Source: a virus
Strand: one strand, 5' to 3'
Virus record (IMG/VR): IMGVR_UViG_3300014059_000004
DNA length: 64,000 nucleotides
In this document: positions 1 to 8,524 of the stretch, in pieces
How positions within the stretch are numbered: position 1 is the stretch's first letter
Layout: every line of letters starts with the position of its first letter
Notes under the pieces: model-generated
What the model was told of the DNA's origin: nothing
Seen by the model: only the letters and a program-made list of their open reading frames with translations
The model's database searches: none
Position numbers and translations under genes: made by a program

Positions 1-207
1 TCCGGGCGCATTAGAAAGTACATACCTGATTTTAGAGTCACTTTCGTCGATGGTACGATCTATATCGTTGAAATAAAGCCATCAAAGAGGCTTGTTCAGG
101 CTACGGTGAAGAAGAAGATAGCCGCGGCAGAAGAATGGTGTGCCCTGAACAATTGCAAATTCAAAGTTGTCACTGAGCACGAGCTGAAGAAAATGGGCTT
201 GCTGTGA
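1..207 (+). CDS. 3' fragment of a homing-endonuclease-like gene (PD-(D/E)XK nuclease C-terminal domain); the 5' end lies outside the window
   Basis: Frame 1 reads SGRIRKYIPDFRVTFVDGTIYIVEIKPSKRL...KKMGLL with stop TGA at 205-207. The PDF...EIK motif and the C-terminal WCALNNCKFKVV match the C-termini of the ORFs at 14791 and 21839 (YIPDLYVP..IEVKP / YVPDFIAL..FEIKG). Confidence 0.5.
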   Translation, partial: SGRIRKYIPDFRVTFVDGTIYIVEIKPSKRLVQATVKKKIAAAEEWCALNNCKFKVVTEHELKKMGLL

Positions 208-244
208 CTGTTTACGTTCAAATTTGGTGACACCATAATATAGG

Positions 245-823
245 ATGCCAATTAAGCTGCACCGTCGTTACATTTTGGGCCTAGACGTTTCAACATCAAT
301 CATGGGAATTTGTCTCATGGATCGTGACGTAGTACCAGACGCAGCTGGATCTCACATAATCATGCTTGAAGCTATAGATTTCAAGAAGTGTGCTTCTCTT
401 TGGGATCGTGCTTCTCTTGTTAAGAATCAATTTGATCTGCTGCATGCAACGTTTGGCAGAGATGAGATTGAAGTTGCGGTAGAAGAACCGCTCATGAGCT
501 TCAGGTCTGGCGCTTCTTCAGCTGCAACGATTGCAACGCTCCTTCGATTCAACGGAATCGTGTCGTACATCGCAAGAACTGTCTTCAACTCACCACCAGC
601 ATACATCTCTGCGCCTCGAGCAAGAAAAGTTTGCGGCATGAAGATGCAGAAACCGTCTATTGTCAAGAAGCCTCACAAAGAACAAGTCTTTGAGTACATG
701 AGCTTGAATGATCTATCGTTCAAGCAATGGCCAAAGAAGAAGAATAGATCGTACGTAAACTGGGCACGTGATGCAACCGATGCGTACGTCATTGCTAAGG
801 CTCACAGCATCATGAACAGCTGA
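245..823 (+). CDS. RuvC-like Holliday junction resolvase
   Basis: N-terminal ILGLDVSTSIMGICLMD matches the RuvC motif hhGhDxGxxxhGhxh. An acidic EVAVEEP block follows, and the C-terminal DATDAYVIAKAH resembles the RuvC catalytic DAADALAIAxxH. Confidence 0.7.
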   Translation: MPIKLHRRYILGLDVSTSIMGICLMDRDVVPDAAGSHIIMLEAIDFKKCASLWDRASLVKNQFDLLHATFGRDEIEVAVEEPLMSFRSGASSAATIATLLRFNGIVSYIARTVFNSPPAYISAPRARKVCGMKMQKPSIVKKPHKEQVFEYMSLNDLSFKQWPKKKNRSYVNWARDATDAYVIAKAHSIMNS

Positions 824-847
824 TGGCCAATGTAAGAAGATGTATAC

Positions 848-1891
848 GTGCAGACGCTAACTGCAAAGCTTAAGTTCATTGAATCTGTTTTTGGAAGCGG
901 TTTTCTCGCCGCAAATGGAAAAAATTTCGGCGTTAGATGTCCAATATGCGCTCCACGTGACATGAGCAAGAAGAAGCTCGTCATCAGAGTTGATGATGAT
1001 CTTACGCATTGTTGGACGTGTGGTTACGGCGCATGCTCTCTTGCTCCCTTGATTAAGAAGTACGGGTCGCAAGATAGTCTCAATCGCTACAGGGATGAGT
1101 TTATGCCTGAGACGGCTAAAAGTCGATGGCGATCAAACGACTCTGAACCAGAAAAGTTGCCCGATGAACTTAAGCTGCCTGAACAGTTTACTTTGCTGAC
1201 GACTGCGGCAATGAACAATCCAGACGTTCTAGCTGCTTGGAATTATCTCAAGTCTAGAAACGTCACGAGAAAAGATGCATGGTTCTTCAAACTTGGTATC
1301 TCTAACGAATTGCGCTGGAAGCGGCGGATAATAATTCCTTCGTTCGATTCCGAAGGCAAGTTGAATTACTTCGTTGCGAGGAACATCGATCCTTTCGATC
1401 GTCGTCCAAAGTATGATGGCCCAGACGTCTTGAAGTCAAAGATCATATTTAACGAGATAAACGTTGATTGGTCATCTAGGCTCGTCATCGTTGAAGGTGC
1501 GTTTGATCTGATGAAATGTCCTGAGAACACTGTACCGCTGTTGGGTTCAGATCTTAGCGAGAAATCTGAGCTTTTTTCTAAGATACTAGTCAACGATACG
1601 AAAGTTTCTATAGCACTTGATGGAGACATGTGGGACGTTAAAGTTCCAAAGCTGTCGAAGAAGTTGAAAGAATACGATATAGATCACAACATTGTAGACC
1701 TCCGGCAACATGGTGATCCTGGGAAGATGACGAAAGCTGCATTTCGTGAAAGTCTTGATTGTGCAGTTACGCTTGACTGGAACGATAAGTTCTTTAGCAA
1801 GCTGAATAGGGCATCTACAATGTCGTTGCGCATGCGTTCTGATACTTACAGAAGTGAACATGCGCAAAAGATCACAGATCGTAATCACTGA
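848..1891 (+). CDS. DNA primase (T4 gp61-like / DnaG-type zinc-binding + TOPRIM)
   Basis: GTG start. Zinc ribbon CPICx19HCWTCG. TOPRIM-like motifs VIVEGAFDLMK and DGDMWD. Confidence 0.6.
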   Translation: MQTLTAKLKFIESVFGSGFLAANGKNFGVRCPICAPRDMSKKKLVIRVDDDLTHCWTCGYGACSLAPLIKKYGSQDSLNRYRDEFMPETAKSRWRSNDSEPEKLPDELKLPEQFTLLTTAAMNNPDVLAAWNYLKSRNVTRKDAWFFKLGISNELRWKRRIIIPSFDSEGKLNYFVARNIDPFDRRPKYDGPDVLKSKIIFNEINVDWSSRLVIVEGAFDLMKCPENTVPLLGSDLSEKSELFSKILVNDTKVSIALDGDMWDVKVPKLSKKLKEYDIDHNIVDLRQHGDPGKMTKAAFRESLDCAVTLDWNDKFFSKLNRASTMSLRMRSDTYRSEHAQKITDRNH

Positions 1892-2837
1892 AGCACGCCT
1901 CAGAAAGATTATTGAAGAAGAGCTAGTACGAGATTATCTCATCAAAGAAGGTATGTGGGATGATGTGAAAGGCGGAGTTCAGAAGCTTTCTGCGTACGTC
2001 TCAAAGCAATTTAAGCAAGTCGCAGCTCAATGGGCGGCTGCAATATCTGAGAAGATCTCATTGTTTTCAAAGATGCCAGACGGGCTGAAGAAAGTGATGG
2101 GAGTCTTGAAGACTGCAATGTCTGAATCTGGCGAATCATTTAACCTCGATGAAGGTTTGCAGGCCGCCAAGGAGCTTGGTAAGTTCAACAAAGAAGTCGC
2201 TCTGAGCGCAGCACAGGAAGACCTGATGGGTCCTGTTCATGATAAAGCTGCTCGTGCGCAAAAGCAGAAGAACGAGATGAAGCAACAGTTCGCTGCTACG
2301 CTGATATTGTCTGAAGCATTGAATGTTTCTGAACCCCGCGTGCTTAAGGAAGATTTCGGTGTAACTGCTGCAGCTGGTCTTGGACTAGCGGTGCTCGGTG
2401 GTTTGCCGATGATCTTTAAGGGATTGCACAAGCTAGCAGTGATGTTGGGCGCAACTCGAGTTGCTTCAATGCTAGAGAAGGCAGAGAAGGTCACGCACCA
2501 CTTCGAGCAAAAAGTAATCACAAACATCATCCCAGACAAGATGGCGTTCCTTGTTTACAAGGGTTTGTGGAACATGGGCATCAAGCTGACGAAGACGAAA
2601 GAGCCTTACAATGAGATTGAAATTAAGGCTGAAAAAGATGGTGTAGAAGCTATCAAGAAGGCAAAGGGTCTCATATACAAAGTCATCTTGATCTACTTTG
2701 CTTGGAACGGCATACAGGGTGTTCTGCATGCTGGTGCATCGTTGCTTGGTTTTGTTGAAGGTGGAGCAACAGCAATCAAGGGAATTGAGCTTGCAAAAGG
2801 TGCTGCAGAAGTTGCAAAGCTAGCTCGCGCAGTCTAA
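1860..2837 (+). CDS. hypothetical protein with a CTS-like N-terminal leader and a hydrophobic C-terminal half (possible injected or internal head protein)
   Basis: The ORF track starts at 1854 (GTG); the first ATG is at 1860. N-terminal ITEARLRKIIEEEL motif. C-terminal GLGLAVLGGLPMIF...VILIYFAWNGIQGVLHAGASLLGF is membrane-like. Confidence 0.45.
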   Translation: MRKRSQIVITEARLRKIIEEELVRDYLIKEGMWDDVKGGVQKLSAYVSKQFKQVAAQWAAAISEKISLFSKMPDGLKKVMGVLKTAMSESGESFNLDEGLQAAKELGKFNKEVALSAAQEDLMGPVHDKAARAQKQKNEMKQQFAATLILSEALNVSEPRVLKEDFGVTAAAGLGLAVLGGLPMIFKGLHKLAVMLGATRVASMLEKAEKVTHHFEQKVITNIIPDKMAFLVYKGLWNMGIKLTKTKEPYNEIEIKAEKDGVEAIKKAKGLIYKVILIYFAWNGIQGVLHAGASLLGFVEGGATAIKGIELAKGAAEVAKLARAV

Positions 2838-2882
2838 GTCTAAACTATCTGAAAGTGTACAGAATGTAGCTGTAGAAATACT

Positions 2883-3569
2883 ATGGCTAGTAGTGCACAG
2901 TTAGATAGAAATATGATCAGTCTATGCCATATCGCTGATGTTCATTGGAGGTCTCAATCGAGACACGATGAATACAAAGAAGTTTTCCAAGCGCTGATCA
3001 ACGACGTCAAGCTAAAGAGCATTGAGCACGTCTTCGTTGGTGGCGATATCTTTCACACCAAGACAACTGGCATCAGCCCAGAATACATTGAACAACTTGT
3101 GTGGTGGTTGAACTCTATGGCTGAAGTAGCGGAAGTTCATCTTACGCTAGGAAACCATGATGGAAATCTTGTCAACATGTCGAGGCAAGATGCAGTTACG
3201 CCGATCGTTGCTGCCCTTAATAACCCAAGAGTTCATCTGTACAAGAAAAGCGGTTGCTATGAGTTTGCACCCGGATACGTGTTCTGCGTATTCAGCTTGT
3301 TTGATACTGACGGTTGGTCATCTGTTAAACCAATCGAGGGTAAGTTTAACATTGCATGCTACCACGGTCCAGTCTTTGGTGCAAAAACTGAATCTGATTG
3401 GTTGATTGAAGATGGATTGACTGTTGATTTCTTTGAAAATTACCAGCTGTGTTTGCTGGGTGATATTCACAAGACTCAATTTCTTGGTTACAGAGACGCT
3501 GAGTTGATCATCGATAAAGATGACTTGCACAAGTATCCGGGTGCTAAGATCATCGAGGAAATTAAATGA
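2883..3569 (+). CDS. Mre11/SbcD-family nuclease, phosphoesterase core (T4 gp47-like)
   Basis: Calcineurin-like motifs CHIADVHW (D.H), GGDIFH (GD..H), GNHD, CYHGP and LGDIHKT. Position upstream of the Rad50-like gene matches the T4 gp47/gp46 arrangement. Confidence 0.8.
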   Translation: MASSAQLDRNMISLCHIADVHWRSQSRHDEYKEVFQALINDVKLKSIEHVFVGGDIFHTKTTGISPEYIEQLVWWLNSMAEVAEVHLTLGNHDGNLVNMSRQDAVTPIVAALNNPRVHLYKKSGCYEFAPGYVFCVFSLFDTDGWSSVKPIEGKFNIACYHGPVFGAKTESDWLIEDGLTVDFFENYQLCLLGDIHKTQFLGYRDAELIIDKDDLHKYPGAKIIEEIK

Positions 3570-6151
3570 CCAAGCTAAAGATCAAAGTAAAGAACCCATG
3601 GATAGCCTACAGTGGGTCAACGTTGCAGCAGAATTATGCTGAATCGCTCGATCATGGCTACTTGCACTGGAAGATCCCTGCGTTGGGCGAGGGTCCGCAC
3701 TCTGTTGAGTACTGCCAATTGCCAAATCCAAAGCCGTTCGTCACGATTGATTGGACGGGCAACGTGTCTTCAACGATCAACGTAGCAAAAAGTTATCCTC
3801 GAGGATCAAGGTTTCGTATCAAGAGCACTGTTCACATCACGCAGCAAGATGTGCATGTTCTAACGACACAGCTGAAATCTGATTGTTCTGCTACCGAAGT
3901 AACGTTCAAGGCAGATCATGTTATCAGCAAAGATCAACTGACGAACACAGCATTCTCTATTGGTCATGCTGACCTTCGTAATCCAGATGTCATCCTTGGT
4001 TTGATCAAGAGCTTTCATTCTGCTACTAAATGCAAAGACGATACTTGGGAAAAGGTGAGCGAGTATGTCAAGTACTACTTGAACACTGTTTCTGCTAGCG
4101 AAGAAAATTTTCTACGCAACAGCAAATGGCGACTTCGAAACTTGAAATTTGATAATCTGTTCTCTTACGGTGAAGGCAACGAGCTTGACTTTGACAAGAT
4201 GAATGGCATCATTGGGATATTTGGAAGCAACAGGATTGGTAAGTCATCAATCGTTGGCAGCGTCATGTATTCGTTGTTTAATTCAACTGATCGTGGCAGC
4301 GTAAAGAACTTGCACGTTTGCAACATTCGTAAACCGTTTTGCTACAGCAGGGCGATTGTTAATGTCAGCGGTTGCGATTACATCTTTGAAAGACAGACGA
4401 CAAAGTATGAGAACAAGAAGGGCGTATCTCATGCTCCCACCGCCCTTAACGTTTTCAAGATGGAAGGTGGTGAAGCGATCGACCTTGGTGGTGAGCAACG
4501 AAATGATACTGAAAAAGTCATCAGAGGGTTGATCGGCACCGCCGACGATTTCCTGCTAACCAGCCTCTCTGCACAAGGAGAGATCAACCAGTTCATCGAT
4601 CATGGCTCTTCTCGTCGTCGACAAATCTTGTCTCGATTTCTTGATCTTGACATCTTTGATCGAATGTATGATTATGCAGCTCGAGACTTCAACGCTGTTA
4701 AGTCACAGCTCAAAGTATACCCTGACAAAGACTGGAATGCCGTTGCTTCTACGCTTAGAAATAAGATCACTGAGATTGACCTAGAAATAGAACGTATTTC
4801 ACATCAAGCGCAAGAAAAAGCTTTGCTGCTAGCAGAAGTTCGATCTGCACTAGCAAAACATAGCAATTTCACACCAGTCTCAGAGAGTCAAGTTGAGCAG
4901 CACAAGAAGAAAGTTGCTGCACTTGAAGCGCAATTTGCCTCTGCAACATCGATCGTTCAGGCGCTAAAAGCTAGCATAGCATCTTCAGAAGAGAAATCTG
5001 CAAAGATCTCCCTGTTGAAAGAAGAGAACGATCTAGTTGAGCTGAAGAAGAAGCTAGCTATGTTGTCATCTCTTGAATCTGATGTTTCAAATTTGAAGCA
5101 CATTGCTGATCGTGATGCAACGCTTCTGAAGCAGCAGCAACGTTCATTGAAGATACTTGATGAAGTACCTTGCGGTGATAAGTTTCCGAAGTGTAAGTTC
5201 ATCAAAGATGCGCATGATTTGAAGCTAAAGATCGATCCACAGAAAGAAAAACTAGCAAAGTCGATTGAGAAGCTTGAGAAAGCATCTGCTGAACTTAACA
5301 CGATGATGCAAGAAGACCTTGTCTCAAAGGTTGAAAAGTTGCAGCAATTGCATGATCTTCATGCAAAGCTACTTCTTGAATCAGAGAAGCAAAAAGTTGA
5401 TCTTGTGAAGAATGAATCTGCGGTAGCCGTGCTAGAGTCTGATCTTGCTGCAGGCAAGGCTAGATTGGTTGAACTAGAGAGGGCACTGAATAATCGGGAG
5501 AATGAAGAGGTTGTTTCCCTAAGAGCTAAAATAGAAGAATATTCTAAGGCTGCCTCGATGCTCGATAAACGCAAGCTTGATCTTGCCTCAGAAAGAGGAA
5601 GGATAATATCCGATGCTGAGAAGGCGTTGGAAGAGAAGAAGACTAAAGAGCAACTGCTTGATAAGATGAAGGTGTATGAGATGATCACGACCGCATTCTC
5701 TAAGAAGGGAATCCCAAGCGTGATATCAACATCTCAGCTTCCATTGATCAATGCTGAGATCCATAAGATTCTAGCAGGAATCGTAGATTTTACGATTGAA
5801 CTTGAGGTTGATGAAGAATCAGACTCAATGGATGTATACATCAACTACGGAGATTCAAAGAGAGTCATCGAGCTGGCTAGCGGCATGGAGAAGATGATCG
5901 GATCTATTGCAATCAGAGTTGCATTGATAAACATCTCTTCGTTGCCCAAGACTGACATGTTCATCATTGATGAAGGATTTGGTGCGTTGGATGATTCTAC
6001 TGTTGAAGCATGCAATCGTTTGCTCATCTCGTTGAAGCGTCACTTTAAGACCATCTTGGTCATCACTCACGTCGATGGGGTAAAAGATGCCGCTGACACG
6101 ATCCTAGAGATATCCAAAGTTGAAAAAGATTCTCGTGTTGTTTATACTTGA
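3566..6151 (+). CDS. Rad50/SbcC-family ATPase (T4 gp46-like) with an N-terminal extension resembling the Mre11 C-terminal region
   Basis: Walker A GIFGSNRIGKSSI. Long coiled-coil. CxxC hook-like CGDKFPKC. Walker B/D-loop MFIIDEGFGALD. H-loop VITHV. Start overlaps the upstream stop (ATGA). Confidence 0.85.
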   Translation: MTKLKIKVKNPWIAYSGSTLQQNYAESLDHGYLHWKIPALGEGPHSVEYCQLPNPKPFVTIDWTGNVSSTINVAKSYPRGSRFRIKSTVHITQQDVHVLTTQLKSDCSATEVTFKADHVISKDQLTNTAFSIGHADLRNPDVILGLIKSFHSATKCKDDTWEKVSEYVKYYLNTVSASEENFLRNSKWRLRNLKFDNLFSYGEGNELDFDKMNGIIGIFGSNRIGKSSIVGSVMYSLFNSTDRGSVKNLHVCNIRKPFCYSRAIVNVSGCDYIFERQTTKYENKKGVSHAPTALNVFKMEGGEAIDLGGEQRNDTEKVIRGLIGTADDFLLTSLSAQGEINQFIDHGSSRRRQILSRFLDLDIFDRMYDYAARDFNAVKSQLKVYPDKDWNAVASTLRNKITEIDLEIERISHQAQEKALLLAEVRSALAKHSNFTPVSESQVEQHKKKVAALEAQFASATSIVQALKASIASSEEKSAKISLLKEENDLVELKKKLAMLSSLESDVSNLKHIADRDATLLKQQQRSLKILDEVPCGDKFPKCKFIKDAHDLKLKIDPQKEKLAKSIEKLEKASAELNTMMQEDLVSKVEKLQQLHDLHAKLLLESEKQKVDLVKNESAVAVLESDLAAGKARLVELERALNNRENEEVVSLRAKIEEYSKAASMLDKRKLDLASERGRIISDAEKALEEKKTKEQLLDKMKVYEMITTAFSKKGIPSVISTSQLPLINAEIHKILAGIVDFTIELEVDEESDSMDVYINYGDSKRVIELASGMEKMIGSIAIRVALINISSLPKTDMFIIDEGFGALDDSTVEACNRLLISLKRHFKTILVITHVDGVKDAADTILEISKVEKDSRVVYT

Positions 6152-6453
6152 GCATGAAGAAGCCTTTCACAAAAGACAGGTTCATTGAAGCTCACCCTGC
6201 AGGATTTTTCATCATAACACCGCAGGATTACGAGGATCCTGTTCCGTTGAGCTGTCCAGTGTGCAGCAATCTTCTTCGCACTAGAGATGATGAAGAAGCT
6301 TACGTTGAGGTAAGCTGCTGCAATCATTGTGCATTGAAGTGGGCTCATCCACGCCGTGAGGCTTGGGCTGATGGATGGCGTCCAAGCCCATCTGATGTTA
6401 CCGCAGATAATTCCGAACGTTTGCCGATTGTAGTCGAGCTTAAGCTTCAGTAA
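6148..6453 (+). CDS. hypothetical small zinc-binding protein
   Basis: ORF overlaps the gp46-like stop. Cys cluster CPVCSNLL...CCNHC. Confidence 0.4.
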   Translation: MSMKKPFTKDRFIEAHPAGFFIITPQDYEDPVPLSCPVCSNLLRTRDDEEAYVEVSCCNHCALKWAHPRREAWADGWRPSPSDVTADNSERLPIVVELKLQ

Positions 6454-6485
6454 AGTTTCTCCATACTTAGCCTTGGAGAGTACAC

Positions 6486-6869
6486 ATGGCTGAAGAGAAG
6501 AAGATCGACTACAACGCGTTGGGTCAATCGATCGATACAACGTTTGGAAGATCATCGACGCCTAAAACTGCGTCATATTCTGTGAAGTTTTCGCTTGCTG
6601 GAAACACGATCACTGCGTCCTATGCAGCAATCGTTAACTTCGGCACAGAAAAAGAGATGATATTGATGAAGAGAGGTTACTCTGAAGAGAGCACCTCTGT
6701 CATCAATGCTGCATTGAAGTCAGTGAAAGCCAATTACAAGAAGTTGTCTGGTCAAACATTGTCGACTTCTGAAGTTAGCACGTCAGATTCTCTTGAGATA
6801 ATTGGGTTTAACGTTCACAACCCTAAGAGAACGGCGTACTATCGTAGGAAGACGACGTTTGAGATCTGA
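6486..6869 (+). CDS. hypothetical protein (position compatible with a small terminase subunit, unproven)
   Basis: ORF immediately upstream of the large terminase, with AGGAG-like GGAGAG before the ATG. No recognisable motif. Confidence 0.35.
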   Translation: MAEEKKIDYNALGQSIDTTFGRSSTPKTASYSVKFSLAGNTITASYAAIVNFGTEKEMILMKRGYSEESTSVINAALKSVKANYKKLSGQTLSTSEVSTSDSLEIIGFNVHNPKRTAYYRRKTTFEI

Positions 6870-6871
6870 AA

Positions 6872-8494
6872 ATGGCATCAGCTAGCAGCATTAACAACAG
6901 AGAACAGCAGATAAAAGAGATCATGAAGTGTGGCCGCGATCCGGTCTATTTCATGAAGAATTATGCAAAGATCCAGCACGCCACTCGCGGTTTGATCCCG
7001 TTTGAAACTTACCAGTTCCAAGATGATTGCATCAAGGCCTTTGAAGAGCATCGATTCAACATCATCTTGAAGTCTAGACAGTTGGGTTTGTCAACTGTCA
7101 CAGCTGCGTATTGCGTTTGGTTTGCAATCTTCAAGAAGGACAAGAACGTTCTCATCATTGCGACGAAGCTAAGCACGGCAATGAACTTCATCAAGAAAGT
7201 GAAGACAGTTCTTGACGGTCTTCCAAAGTGGCTTGTTCTCACGAAGTTCGCCCCAACGAAGCAGTCAATCCAATTTTCTAACGGTTCGAACATTACTGCA
7301 GTTCCAACATCGCCGGATGCTGGTCGTTCTGAAGCTCTTTCGTTGTTGATCGTTGATGAGGCTGCATTCATCAGAGAATTTGAAGATATCTGGACAGGTC
7401 TATCACCAACGATATCTACTGGTGGATCAGCTATCATCATCTCGACTCCTCATGGTGTTGGTGGTCAGTATTACAAGTTGTGGACAGACGCTGTTGCTTC
7501 AACGAACGAGTTCAATCCGATCAATTTGCCATGGTACGTTCATCCCGAACACGATCAAGCATGGTTTGATAAAGAGACTAGAAACCTATCAAGAAGAAAG
7601 ATTGCGCAAGAGTTCTTGTGTTCGTTCGAATCTTCTGGTGACACGTTTTTGCAACCTGAAGAGCTAGATTACTTGAGGGAGTGCATAGAACAACCAATCA
7701 GAAAAGAAGGACCAGCTGCTGGTGTTTGGATCTGGGGCAACCCAGTGTCTAACAGGAAATACATCATCTCAGCAGACGTTGCTCGAGGCGATGCAACTGA
7801 CTATTCTACGTTCCACGTTATTGACGTTGAAGAGTCTGAAGTTGTTGCAGAGTACATGGGTAAGATACCACCCGATAAATTTGCTGATCTTTTGATGACA
7901 TACGGCCGGCAATACAACGAGGCCGTGTTGATACCAGAGAAGAACACGTTTGGTTACTTTACTTGTGTAAAGCTTCGCGATGCTGGGTACAAGCGATTGT
8001 TCTACAAGAACACAGTCGGTGATCTTTTTAGTTACGTGTCAAAAGATCCAGATGCAGTTCCAGGCTTTGATACGCAAGCCAGTTCAAGGACTCAAATCCT
8101 TGCCAAGCTAGAAGAAACGATCAGAAACAGAGCTATCAAGGTATACTCGCAGAGATTGTTTGATCAGCTGCAAGCGTTCATCTGGAATGGCTCTAAGGCA
8201 ATGGCTTCCAAAGATAGTCATGATGACTTGGTTATCAGCATGGCGATTGGAACTTGGTTTGCTACTGGAGCCACTACTGTCCATGAAGACGGGAAAGAAC
8301 ATGCAGTTGCTATGCTAGCAGCTACTGGTGTTTCGAAGAGAGACATTAGCTCCACGTTCAATCAGATCAGTGCCGTTCAACCAGTGATGAATCCTAACAT
8401 GAGAGGTTTTACGCCGCAAAATGTTCATAAGCCCAGGAATGCATCAGAAGTTCGGCATGCTGACGTTAGTGACTTCAGCTGGCTTATGCGGTAA
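6872..8494 (+). CDS. terminase large subunit (T4 gp17-like)
   Basis: ATPase Walker B LLIVDEAAFI. C-terminal nuclease-domain acidic residues (ISADVARGD..., HDDLVISMA). Located before the portal. Confidence 0.85.
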   Translation: MASASSINNREQQIKEIMKCGRDPVYFMKNYAKIQHATRGLIPFETYQFQDDCIKAFEEHRFNIILKSRQLGLSTVTAAYCVWFAIFKKDKNVLIIATKLSTAMNFIKKVKTVLDGLPKWLVLTKFAPTKQSIQFSNGSNITAVPTSPDAGRSEALSLLIVDEAAFIREFEDIWTGLSPTISTGGSAIIISTPHGVGGQYYKLWTDAVASTNEFNPINLPWYVHPEHDQAWFDKETRNLSRRKIAQEFLCSFESSGDTFLQPEELDYLRECIEQPIRKEGPAAGVWIWGNPVSNRKYIISADVARGDATDYSTFHVIDVEESEVVAEYMGKIPPDKFADLLMTYGRQYNEAVLIPEKNTFGYFTCVKLRDAGYKRLFYKNTVGDLFSYVSKDPDAVPGFDTQASSRTQILAKLEETIRNRAIKVYSQRLFDQLQAFIWNGSKAMASKDSHDDLVISMAIGTWFATGATTVHEDGKEHAVAMLAATGVSKRDISSTFNQISAVQPVMNPNMRGFTPQNVHKPRNASEVRHADVSDFSWLMR

Positions 8495-8524
8495 CGAATT
8501 CAATACTTAAGGTGCAAGCAGGTT

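Noticed and set aside
3555-3575. Possible programmed frameshift joining the Mre11-like and Rad50-like ORFs
   Set aside because: An in-frame TAA sits immediately upstream of the ATG in the downstream frame, and there is no X_XXY_YYZ slippery heptamer. An ATGA stop-start overlap typical of translational coupling is the simpler reading.
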